Assembly (NCBI GenBank): GCA_951406725.2
Contig: OX597826.1
Location: forward strand, 77,872,001-77,936,000
DNA length: 64,000 bases
Direction of reading: 5' to 3'
Source of the DNA: Octopus vulgaris
Lineage: Eukaryota
Both the position numbers and the translations under genes were made by a program. Positions within the stretch are counted from its first letter, which is position 1. Each line of letters starts with the position of its first letter. Of the stretch, positions 13,080 through 24,920 are shown one piece after another. The notes beneath the pieces were generated by a model that saw only the letters and a program-made list of their open reading frames with translations, was not told where the DNA came from and did not search any database.

Positions 13080-15650
13080 ACAATGGCTGATTTTGCAAGT
13101 TCATTGTATGGAGAAGTGAGAGAAAAGTCTGGGAGAAAGTCGCAGCCCATTTCAGCATCTCTCGTTCACACCCTTCACGTGGAAGAGGAGAGGAACATTC
13201 TTCAAGTCCAAAGAACTGTCGCACTGCTGTTAGGGCAGACAGCAGTAGTAGTAACAACAACAAAAATATCGTTCGCAACAGACACAGAAACGTCAGAAGC
13301 AATAAAACCGAAGACGGAATGCGACACGTTGAAGGGGAGGAGAAAATATCAACGTTGAGTGCTCAAAGTTCAACGGATGTAGAAAATGACTACAACGGTT
13401 ACAATTGCAGAGTTCGCAGCAGTAGCAGTGGCAACAACAACAACAACAATGACAGCATCAGTAACAACAACAAAAAACAATAGCAATAACAGGAACAACA
13501 TAAATAAAGTTGACGAGAAACAAAATGATGAGAGAAACTCGACGGACAGGAAATCTTTTGCCGGGAATGGAAGCAAAATCAATGCAATTTGTCTCGCTGT
13601 CACTAAGTGACAAAGACACAAGGCTGACAGGAGTAAAACAATTTGCAAAGATGAATGGCAGGAGAGCACAAGTTGCTATTCCACTTGATATTTTCCCAGT
13701 AACTACCCGATAGACGGTCGCATATAGCTGTGTGCCAACTAAAACCTGATGCTTGGAACTGGCAATACATGTCCAGGTTGAAAAAGCCTTAAAAAAAATC
13801 GATTTACATAGATCATGTGACGAAGGTTAGAGAGTTGGGGAGCGTGGAAGGTCGTCTTCACGAGCGAAGCACTCAATAGCTGCGGTACCTGATGGGTATT
13901 TCAGCCTTGACCCAACCTATTTAGGGAGAAGGATTTGTCGCGTTAAGAAAGTAATAGTTCTACCTGAGTTGGACATCTGCTGGTTGCTAGCGTGTGTCAC
14001 TGTGGAGGGCAGTGAAGCGTCTTGAAATGAAGTGAACGGAAAGGGAGCCTTGGTTAGGGACCACCTTAGAGATACTCATCCAGATCAAATCGGAGAGGAG
14101 CTGCTTGTGTACTGCCCTCGAAAAAAAAAAAAAGCAAGAGGAGACCGTCGCTACTGCTGATAGCTCCATCCCAACAACGGTTGCAGTGTAAAGCAGATGC
14201 AACAATGGGAAGAACAACAACAGCAGTAATATCAAAACTGACAAGGATAGCAACAGAACGAGCAACAACACAGACTGCAGAGATATTACTCTCCGTCCTT
14301 CGCACCCTTTTTGAAACACACACAAAATCATACCTTCTCCTCCATCCCACCCGCATCAGATCCTTCCGATGAGGAAATATCATTATGCGAGGAGGATGTA
14401 AAAAACCTATTAAATCAAAAAAATAAATAATAAATAAATAGAGGGAGATAGAGAGACGCTATAAAAAGACACCACATAATTGCAACAGTCACACCAAACA
14501 TAAAAAGCACAAAAACTACTCCACAACCACCGCCAACAACAACAACAACTTCAACTAAAAGATTATACACAGAAGGTAAGCACCAGCAAACTGGCACAAA
14601 ACACACCAAACGTTGTAGTAGTAAGAAGTATAAAAAAGGGGGAAAAACTGACTGTTTTTCATTGCAGAATACGGGAAGATCGAAATAGATGGAGAAATCT
14701 CCAGCTGCAACAGTTTCAAAGTGTCACAGAACTTGAAAATAATAAAGATAGATGTGGAGATATATCAAAAATTGAAGGAGGATTTTCCCAACGACGTGGG
14801 AAGCTTGAAAGTAAGGAGCAGCAGAAGGATCTTCTTAAAGAACTTCTTAAAGGAAACCCCAAATCCCGCGGAGACCGAGTCACTCGACCTCCGGGATCAC
14901 CATATAAGTATGTAACCTGATTCTTTTACCCTTTGCCTTATGTTCAACGTAGTAACCTCAAGATTGGGTAGCATAAATGTACATAACCTAGGATCAGCCT
15001 AGAATCAGAGCAACCGACTCAATGATCTCGACCGAGGGACCTGAATACTGGAAATTGAATGCGTTTTTCCCGGAGCCCCAAGTTTACAGAGGCCGGATTG
15101 GAGAACTAATTAAGAGGGAGTTATCTGGTGAAATTATTAACAACCGATCATAGTTAACCATGTAAAGAGCTATTGGATTTGAATGGATAAGGTTTATTAA
15201 AGAAAGTGATAGATAATTTTAGACTAATTGATGAACTAGTTAATAACATAAGTGAGGCGTTTAGTAGAGGCATTGCGATTGTCATGCTGGTTACGTGATG
15301 GCACTTAACCGATTCTTCAACGTTAAACTCAAAGGATGCGTTCTTAGGTCAGAGTTAGAACGCATATTCTAAGCCTTGAGGGAGTGAAAATCATTCCAAG
15401 GGCCCAGGTGACAGAGGTGTAACGCAGCAACAAAGTCAAATTTCGGTCTTTGATGGATCAGGTGGAGTGCGTGCCACTCGATTTCAAGCAAATTTGTGTG
15501 GCTTTTCAATGAAACTTTGCTCAACTGTTTAGGGCGAACGGTAGGCTGGAGAGAGGGGTGAACTTTACTGCCTATTTCGACATCCTGACGCTCTCGGATA
15601 AGGACGCAGAGTTTTGTAAAAAGAAATTTACAACCAAGAAGATCTGACAA
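13080..15650 (+). mobile_element. Highly decayed L1/Tx1-type LINE (low-complexity ORF1 region plus ORF2 N-terminal part)
   Basis: At about 14957, LKIG/SINVHNLG (frameshifted) resembles an APE endonuclease start. Later GELIKRELSGEIINN, KLKGCVLRS and TLSDKDAEFCKK resemble the L1/Tx1 ORF2 linker before RT. Many stops; the upstream boundary is uncertain. Confidence 0.5.
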
Positions 15651-16189
15651 TTATCAGTTAAGATCATCAGAACTGTCGATACGACCTATCAGATCAAACC
15701 AAGGCGCACGTGATTGCAAAACGATCTTCTTAACCACGTGGTCCTGTCTCTGACACACTAACACGTGGTCATGCTTAGGAGATGGATTATCGCAATAATC
15801 CTATTATAGAGAGACAATCGAACTATCAGAGTAGAATATATATACTCTGCCTCTCTGAAGGAATTATCGATGTCAATGTTTAGACGAGGAAATTATTACA
15901 ACGAACTCTGATATCGTAAAATGTCTCTAATAGACCGTCTCAGTGAAACTCTCACATCTAAACATATATGGAGCGTGTGGTGAAATATTGGTAGATACAT
16001 AGATATAGATAGATAGAAAGAAAGAGAGAAGCAGACAGACTGACAGACAGACAGACAAATAGATAGAAAATATTTCGTATAGAACGTATTTGTTAATCTT
16101 TATTATAGCTAATCTTCTAGAGACATCATTGTAGTATAACACCAAAAAATTGATTCACTATACACTAAACTACAAAGACTGGAATATTC

Positions 16190-16310
16190 TATCTACTTTA
16201 AGCGTAAGATCGGCCCCAGTACGCAACTGGTACTTAATTTGTCGACCCCGAAAGGATGAAAGGCAAAGTCGACATCGGCGGAATTTGAACTCAGAACGAA
16301 GGAGAGATGA
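16190..16310 (-). mobile_element. SINE family A fragment
   Basis: ccccagtacgcaactggtacttaatttgtcgaccccgaaaggatgaaaggcaaagtcgac. Confidence 0.85.
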
Positions 16311-16544
16311 AATTCATATCATAGCTATATATCCCTGCTGGGTTTGCTGTTGAAGAACACCAAAACAACCTTGCAATTAGCAGACATCTTGTGACCATAG
16401 AATTTTTAAATAAACCCTCGATTTAGGCACGACCAACCCATTTATTTCAGTGACCTCTACCAGTTTGCAAAGATAGGCTAAGGTCACGGAAACTGTCAAT
16501 CAAGCTCTCGTTAATATTCTCCCACCTCTGTCTCTCTCTCTTTG

Positions 16545-16625
<81 letters not shown>

Positions 16626-16636
16626 TGTGTGTGTGT

Positions 16637-16857
16637 TATTCTTTTATTTGTTTCAGCCATTTGACTGCGGCCATGCTGGAGCAACGCCTTTAGTCGAGCG
16701 AATAGACCCCTGGATTTATTCGTTGTAAGCCTAGTACCTATTCTATCGGTCTCTTTTGCCGAGCCGCTAAGATACGGGGACGTAAACACACCAGCATCGG
16801 TTGTCAAGCGATGTTGGGGTGGGGGTGGGGCAAACACAGACACAAACACACTCATAC

Positions 16858-16888
<31 letters not shown>

Positions 16889-16946
16889 TACATACATCAT
16901 ATATATATATATATATATATATACGACGGGCTTCTTTCAGTTTCCG
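16637..16946 (-). mobile_element. SINE family B, head-truncated
   Basis: tttcagccatttgactgcggccatgctggagc ... internal (CA/TA)n ... acgacgggcttctttcagtttccg. Confidence 0.9.
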
Positions 16947-17497
16947 ATCGGTGGATCTCACATTTACACACACACACACGCAAACACATGCACAAACACA
17001 TGCACACACACATACACACACACACACACACACGTGCTTTCCCTTTCCCTTTCATACTTTCTTCTATTATCTAAGTCTTATCTCTCTCCTTTTCGTCTTT
17101 TTCTTTCACCCTATCTCTGGTCGCCTCTCTCTTTCTCCCACTTTTCCCCCCTCTCTCTTTCTCTCCCTATCTCTGTCCCCTTCCTCCTTACTCATCATTG
17201 TCTATATGAATAATTCCACCACCACTCCTGCACACACACTCACACACACACACACACGGGCGCGCCCACACCTACACCCACCCATATACACCGTAGCCAT
17301 TTGTCCAGATGACAACACGGTGACGACATTTTCGGGAGTGTCAACTTAAATTCTGACATTTATGAATTAATGGAGGAATATTTCTCTTGTATGTAGGACG
17401 GCGAACGTGCACGCGCATCTGTGTGGAACTGTATATGTGTAGATTCGTCTATTATGTAGATATATACACACAGATTCATACACACATACATGCACAC

Positions 17498-17546
<49 letters not shown>

Positions 17547-17617
17547 GTTTATATATATATACACACACGTACATATATATGTACACACACACATACATAT
17601 ATGTATATATATATGTA

Positions 17618-17710
<93 letters not shown>

Positions 17711-17771
17711 TCATATACACATAGATGTAGATTGATAAATAGTTACGTAGATACATGCATACATACATATT

Positions 17772-17818
<47 letters not shown>

Positions 17819-18794
17819 CATACATGCATATATACATGCATATATACATATGGTGCATCAACGTCTGTGTGTTTGTGCGTGCGTGTGTGTACGGGCAACC
17901 TCCCACTACGACTGCATCCTCTTTGCGATTGCAGCATCAGCAGCATCGCTCGAGATATGGACGAGAAACCGGTTGCTAGTGTTCCACTCTGCACGACCAG
18001 TGTTGGCCGCCATATGCAGTCATGTCACGCGCAGGAAGGCGCATACATATAACTAAGTTTATAAACACGCAAGCTCTCTGTCTTTCTCTCTTTATCTCCC
18101 TCACTCTCTCTCTCTTCCTTTCTCTTTCTCTCTCACTTTCTATGTCATACGCATACACATGCATAATCACACGCAAGCTATCTCAAACAGACATGCAAAC
18201 ACTCACACACGTGTCAATGTAACTACGAACAGTATCTCTTCTACAGGTAAATACCTCCGGACACACGGTACTTCATTACAAATACATACGTTAACGTATT
18301 CTCTTCCCTTTCATTTGGGTTAGTGTATTTGTTCTTTCTCTATTTCTTCCTCTCCATAGTATAAAGAACTTTTCTTTCAATTTCTAAAAATGCCTATCAA
18401 TTTTTATATCATACTAACGACTACCAACCCAGCAGTTGTGCACTCTCAGTAACTAAATACTTTTACTTAGATTTAAAATTATACTGTCTTTCTCTCTTCT
18501 GTTCTCGCTTTCTCTTTCTCTCCCACTTTCTAACCACACACACACACACATGTATATATATAATATATAGATTAGTTTGAGCATTAATTAGAATCCAGGC
18601 GCACCAACACGTAGGACGCCAGAATTGGTTAGGTACAATGACAAAGGTCTCACAGTGAGGTAAAACAACCATGAAGGTAACATGTGTTGAAAGGGTACTG
18701 TAGCTATGTAACTATGAAATACCAAATCTAATATCAACTGTAAGTCCGACTCGGAGTCTGTTCCAGGCGCGGTGTAGGTATAAAAAAGGAGTCC

Positions 18795-18902
<108 letters not shown>

Positions 18903-18904
18903 AT

Positions 18905-19092
18905 TTGTGTGTCTATGTTTGTCCACCCACCGTCACTTGACAACCGATGCTGGTATGTTTAGATCTCAGTAACCTAGTGGTTCGGTACAAAAGACCGATA
19001 TAAGTACTAGGATTACAAAGAATAAGTTCGACTAAAGGCGGGGCTCCAGCATGGCCACAGTCAAATGACTGAAACAAGTAAAAGAATAAAAG
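18905..19092 (+). mobile_element. SINE family B, 3' half
   Basis: cttgacaaccgatgctggt...ctccagcatggccacagtcaaatgactgaaacaagtaaaagaataaaag. Confidence 0.88.
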
Positions 19093-19604
19093 AATATATA
19101 TACATGTATGTATGCATGTATGTATGTATGTATGTATGTATGTATGTATGTATGTATGTATGTATACGTATGAAATAGGGTTTTAAAGATTTAAATAACA
19201 AAAAGGTGAAACCAAAAAGAGCAATACTCAACGCCAAAATAACATTCTCCACCCCAGAACAAACTAGCAGTCAGGACCCTTCGGTTCTGTTTCTGGCTTT
19301 TAAAACTCATCATTAGCGTTTGGGCTTGCCTCTACAACTGCAACAAGAAGACCGAAGCAGCGACTCGACACGGGCTGATCTATAGTCCATCGAGTCAACT
19401 GTACATTACGACAGACATACTCACACACATACACGCGCGCGTACCCCCCCCCCCCCACACATATATATACTTGTGTAATCTTGCTCTCTGGTTAGCTGTT
19501 TCCGGAGGGCTGTATGCATATATGGCCATCACCGTGTTAGCGTGTCTACGACCAATCGTCTTTCGGTTCTTTCACCTTTCTCATTTCTCCCATAAACCAA
19601 CCAG

Positions 19605-19690
19605 CAGATATTTCAGATTAACATCACCTCTCTGCGCACCAATCTCCAGGCCATAAACTGTCTGCTACAGAAACTTGATAACAGGCGAGT
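19605..19690 (+). mobile_element. Possible LINE endonuclease N-terminal remnant
   Basis: QIFQINITSLRTNLQAINCLLQKL resembles the APE start motif (Q.N..gLr.n...l..ll); short, so weak evidence. Confidence 0.25.
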
Positions 19691-19927
19691 AGGTTTCCCC
19701 CATCACTGCTCTGTTATCTCATTCTTAGTCCGCAGCCAGACAACTGAAGCCCTTTTAACCCCTGTCTCCAAACACACTGATACCGAGACGCGTCCTAATG
19801 TACCAACACCAACCCATCTTCATAAATACATAGAATAAAATTCACTAGTATTTTTTTTTAACCATCACAAAGTCTCCTGGCTGCATACCATCACGATGGC
19901 TGACACTTTAAATCAATTTAAATGAGT

Positions 19928-20096
19928 GTAAGCGTGGCTAAGTGGATAAAAAGTTTGTTTCCCAACCACATGGTTCTGGGCTCTGTCCCACTGCACACAG
20001 TCCCACACTTTAGGAAAGTGTTTTCTACTATAGCTCCAGTCCGATCAAAGCCTTGTCAGTGTATTTGGTCGACAGAGACCGAAAGAAGCCGGCCGT
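19928..20096 (+). mobile_element. SINE family B, 5' half
   Basis: gtggctaagtgg A-box, ccaaccacatggttctgggctctgtcccactgc, aagtgttttctactatagc, gaaagaagcc. Confidence 0.8.
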
Positions 20097-20409
20097 TTAT
20101 ATCTATTTGTTCTGTTAACGGTTAGGCGTTCAGGCGAGTATACTGGCATTGATGTGGCAACATTTTAAATATTGTCCAGGTAAATGCAACTGTTGAAGAC
20201 TGATCTAATTTACGTTGGCAAACGTATTTGAAGAGTCTGAAACCTAGGTCCTGCATTATCCGATTCTGAGTTGTCCATTTATCTAATGTCCTTCCTAGAG
20301 GTAAGAGACATTTTTCATGTTTGTTCCACTCACACGTCTTTGCCAGTATATACGCAGTGAAGCTTTACAATAGAGTCATATTTACATCGATTGCTATTTC
20401 CTGTAAATA

Positions 20410-20622
20410 TTGGTACCTTGTACCACTCATCTGTATTTGATAGATCGGCAGCCACTACACACATTTTTTTCTCTCCTTGTTTTTTTTTTTTCTGTGTCCC
20501 TTTCTGCAGAAGAGCGTAGGCTCGAAACGTAAAAGACTTTTTCTATTCCTGAGCGTTATACTAATACATCTGTATGTTTTGTACACTACCTGTCTTCGTC
20601 TTTTGTTTTTTTCGTAAACCCT

Positions 20623-20686
<64 letters not shown>

Positions 20687-20840
20687 GAAATTTATAGAAA
20701 AACAAAAGACGAAGACTGGTGTATGAACAAACAGCAAGTGTATTCATTGAGAAAGAATTTTACGTTTCGAGCCTATGCTCTTCAACAGGAAGGAATAAGA
20801 GAAGATAGCACAGAGAGAATGAAAAAAAAAACTTGTAGAT
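20410..20840. mobile_element. Inverted pair of related repeat ends around (TA)n, Penelope-like
   Basis: 20500-20612 (gaagagcgtaggctcgaaacgtaaaa...tgtcttcgtcttttgttttt) is mirrored by 20698-20790 (aaaaacaaaagacgaagac...ttttacgtttcgagcctatgctcttc). The Penelope assignment rests on the GAAGAG..CGAAACGT hammerhead-like motif. Confidence 0.55.
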
Positions 20841-20896
20841 TTCAGCAGTCCAGCATGGCAAAATACACAAACACATATGTATGTATGTATGTATGT

Positions 20897-21240
20897 ACGT
20901 GAAAGACCACGCCTTTCTTTTGCTGGGCTCAAATCTCATTTGGGAACCCCTGGAAAACGAACCTCCATCAACTATCCTGCATATATGTATGTGCACACCT
21001 ATCAATGCAGTGTATGCCAGAAGGTTTGTGAATTTAACGGAGGCCTTAAAAGACATTTTAAAATCAACAAGGATCGGAACTTATCTGCAGCTTCTGGTGG
21101 TCCAAATTGGATGTGCAATCGATGTGGGTGTCTTTTCAGAGCATTCTCTGGTTTTAAAAGACACATCAGATGCAATGATGGTGCTAAGGTGTAGGTACAA
21201 GAGGTGGTCAAACTCTGCATAAGGTGTAGACAACCACCAC
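20897..21240 (+). mobile_element. 3' end of a LINE (probably RTE clade) with degenerate tandem C2H2 fingers
   Basis: ..ERPRLSFAGLKSHL, CSVCQKVCEFNGGLKRHF, CNRCGCLFRAFSGFKRHI, then a stop and short tail. Bounded on both sides by (TATG)n; no start codon outside the microsatellite. Confidence 0.6.
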
Positions 21241-21445
21241 GTATGTATGCATGTAAGAAACGATGTAGACGTTGTGGTTTCACTGGTTTTCACAAATGTA
21301 TCCATTTTATAGATTAATCAACGACATCGGAATCGAAATCGTATCGTCGGGTACTTCCGGTGAGCGTAAAATGATTATCAGCCAAGCTTACTAAACTACG
21401 AGAACCTCGCCATGAGAGTCGACTGTCTAAATATGTAGATACATA

Positions 21446-21842
21446 TCTTTATATATAAAAGTGAAGTTGTGTGTCTGTCTCCTACGATTTAGATTCCTAA
21501 CTACTCCCACATTTTGCGGTGCAGTGTAACCAAAACCGGGTATCTTATAGTCGTGATTCATATCGAGCCCTTCTGGGTATTAGCGCGCGTCTACGATGAG
21601 TCTACGATTTTTAAAATAATTTACCATCATTTTTTCCATTTTGATGTATTTTTTCGCTATTATATAAGGGAAGTAACTCTCTAAAAATGTCTACGATGAG
21701 TCAACGATTTAAAAAAAAAATTACCATAATTTTTCTTTCCATTTTTAATGCAGTTTTTTGCTAATTTTTGGCTATAACTCTCTAAAATGCTTATATAGTT
21801 ATTTCCCTTACAAACCCGAGCAACGCCGGGCGATACTGCTAG
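21446..21842 (+). mobile_element. Non-autonomous Helitron (397 bp)
   Basis: Starts TC (tctttatatataaaag) after an A, has a subterminal hairpin cccgagcaacgccggg, ends CTAG before a T, with no TSD: canonical Helitron termini. Confidence 0.85.
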
Positions 21843-22110
21843 TAAGCAATACAAATATTACACACGCTAACATACATACACACGCACGCGCGCACCCATG
21901 GATATGTTTATACATACGTACACGCACAACATCGGGTTCCTCGTGTACACCCAGCAATTCCACATCGTATACATATCTATAGCTACACAAACACATACAC
22001 TACAACCACACAAACACACTTCCATGCATCCGCATTTCGATTATCAACACCACCGCTTGCAACACCACCAACACTATCACAGTCACAATGTCACGTGTGC
22101 CACATATTTG

Positions 22111-22718
22111 TTACATAATGTAAGGGGTATTCCATAATGCCGGAGGTATTCCACAAAACCGAGAGAATTCCATAATGCTGGGATTATTCCATAATTCCTA
22201 GAGAATTTCATAATGCCAGAAGTATTCCATAATTCCGAGAGAATTCCATAATGCCGGGAGTATTCCATAATGCCGGAAGTATTCCATAATGCCGGAAGTA
22301 TTCCATAATGCCGGAAGTATTCCATAATGCCGGAATTATTCCATAATTCCGAAAGAATTCCATAATGCCGGGAGTATTCCATAATTCCGAAAGAATTCCA
22401 TAATACCGGAATTATTCCATAATTCCGAGAGAATTCCATAATGCCGGGAGTATTCCATAATGCCGGGAGTATTCCATAATGCCGGAAGTATTACATAATG
22501 CCGGAATTATTCCATAATTCCGAAAGAATTCCATAATGCCGGGAGTATTCCATAATTCCGAAAGAATTCCATAATGCCGGAATTATTCCATAATTCCGAG
22601 AGAATTCCATAATGCCGGGTGCATTCCATAATGCCGGGTGTATTCCACAATACCGGAAGTATTCCATAATTCTGAAAGAATTTCATAATACCGGGAGTAT
22701 TCCATAATGTCGGAAGTG
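22111..22718. repeat. Minisatellite, 32 x 19 bp (consensus ttccataatgccggaagta)
   Basis: Units start at 22111, 22130 ... 22700; 589 bp = 31 x 19, so no net indels. Confidence 0.97.
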
Positions 22719-22844
22719 TCATAATTTCACGGGTATCACCTACTACCTCCGTATTCACGAGTATATAACTACAGTGCCATAATGTCACGAGTATCACCTA
22801 CGACCCCGTAATCAAGTTAGTCACCACAACTGATTCTTAATCCA

Positions 22845-23260
22845 AGAGTCAAAGAAGGAACCGAAACGCGCTCTCTCGGTTGGCAAAAATTACAACTCAA
22901 TCTCTTGATAATATAAACTCTTACAAGGAAGGACATTTGTATAATGGTGTCAAAATTTGGCACAAGGCCAGCAACTTTCGGATAAATCGTTTACATCGAA
23001 CTTATTTTATCGATCTTGAATTGATGAAAGGCAAAGTCGAACTCACTTAAATTTTTAACTCAGAACGTAAAGCCAGAAGAAATGTTGCGAAGCATTTTGT
23101 TCGCCGCACTAACAATTCTGCCCGTTCGCCGCCTTCAACATATTGCATGATGCGTAAAAGAAAACAAAAATAAAGAAGGCAGGATGGTGTCGGCTGGAAC
23201 GCTTTTAAACATAGATCTCCTCAATCAGAGACGACTCAGTGTTACCAGAAAGAAGAGTAA
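22845..23260 (+). mobile_element. Family C repeat interrupted by SINE A
   Basis: aaggaaggacatttgtataatg before the insertion; caggatggtgtcggctggaacgcttttaaacatagatctcctcaatcagag after it. Confidence 0.55.
22946..23133 (-). mobile_element. SINE family A
   Basis: caaaatttggcacaaggccagc...gatgaaaggcaaagtcga...aattctgcccgttcgccgcc. Confidence 0.85.
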
Positions 23261-24096
23261 TAATCGGAACAAATATGTATTGTAATTTGTAAATAAAGAT
23301 AAGGCTTCACCAAGTGGGATTCGAACTCGAGGAGATTCTGTCAAAAAGAAGTATAATTTTACTCTGTACGGATTGGGGATATAAAATTCATGAACTACAG
23401 TACATAACGGGTGCGTGTCTTACGTACCCCTGGATGAATGTCAAAGTCACCTCTGATGGGATTTGAAACTATCCCGCAAAAAGACGTTACTAACTCGATG
23501 CTGCAAGGAATTTGGCGCGGAGCTTTAAACGCGTCTCCACCTGTCATTCCGCTTTCTTCGGAATAAATGGTAAACGAAGACTTCCGTCTCCCCTTATTTG
23601 TCGTAGAGCTACCATTACTCACATATACAAACTTATACTTAAATACATTCGCTCATACATGCACACATACACAGACATGCACAGATGCACAGATATGCAC
23701 ATACAGACGCTTACACAGACACGATCCTCAGTGTACATACACACACACATACAAACAAAGGTCAGCTTGCACACACAAACATACCTCAATATGCACACAC
23801 ACACACACACACACTTTATATACATACACATCAACATGCAAATAACCATTCATACACACACACATGCACACATGCACACATGCACACACACAAACACATT
23901 CCTTTACATGAACATACTTCAGCAAACATACACACACACACATATACACATACACACATTCTTCTACAAGCGGACATAACATTCTTCAACGCATACAGTC
24001 ACACACACACACACACTCATACACACTAGTACAATAACCACCACATACACGCACACGCATACACACACAATCTTTACCTCTAAGAACTCTCTCTCA

Positions 24097-24127
<31 letters not shown>

Positions 24128-24656
24128 CTGTTTAAATGCCACCACTGCCAACTACCACCGCCCAGACACCCACGCCATCACTACTTACACACACACACTC
24201 GCATCCACTATTATAACCATCCGATCACCACTACGACTACCACCACCACCACCACCACCACCACCACCTTTACCATCACCATCGCCATCACCACTGCCGC
24301 ACCATCACCGTCATCATCACCACGACCACCGGCACTACCTCCAGCATCAACACCACCACCACCACCACCATTAGATGCTCACACAGGCATTAGTTACTAT
24401 TTAACTAACGCATGACATTTTATCAGTTTCCTCGCTTCACTGGTTTCCGCCATCTTCGGTTTCCCACACAAACACACAAACACCCCCACCCTCATCGTTT
24501 TCTCTCTTCGTATCTAACTGATTCCACAACACAACACTACACTCCTCCATTACCCCTCACTCTCTCTCTCTCTCTCTCTCTCACTCTCTCTCTCACTCAC
24601 TCTCTCTCTCTCTCTCACTTTCTTAGTTCGACTCTTCGTAAATTTATTCTACACAA

Positions 24657-24920
24657 CTGCCATTCCGTCAGATTCAACGACGAGGGTTCCAGTGGATCCA
24701 ATCAACGGAACAGCCTGCTCGTGAACTTAACATACAAGTGGCTGAGTACTCCGCAGACAAGCATACCCTTAACATATGGAGATTCAGCGTGATACAGAAT
24801 GTGGCAAAGTTGGCTTCTTTGAATATAGGTACAACTAATTTTTGGACAGCTGAGTAGACTCGAACAAAGTGAGATAAAGTGTCTTGCTGAAGGATTCAAC
24901 GCCCGCCAGGTATCAAAAAC
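24657..24920 (-). mobile_element. Another tRNA-type SINE family, single copy
   Basis: Minus strand reads ...tccttcagcaagacactttatctcac... (CORE/V-like ccttgagcaagacactt block) after a decayed B-box, ending gctgttccgttgattggatccactggaaccctcgtcg. Confidence 0.6.

Noticed and set aside
22111-22718. CRISPR-like array or repeat-protein ORFs (22083-22439, 22507-22797)
   Set aside because: Contiguous 19-bp units with no unique spacers, no cas genes and a eukaryotic context; the ORFs are artefacts of the repeat.
23305-23335. tRNA-like B-box (gggattcgaactc)
   Set aside because: No cloverleaf; probably a SINE head remnant. The SINE A and B heads are likewise not tRNA genes.
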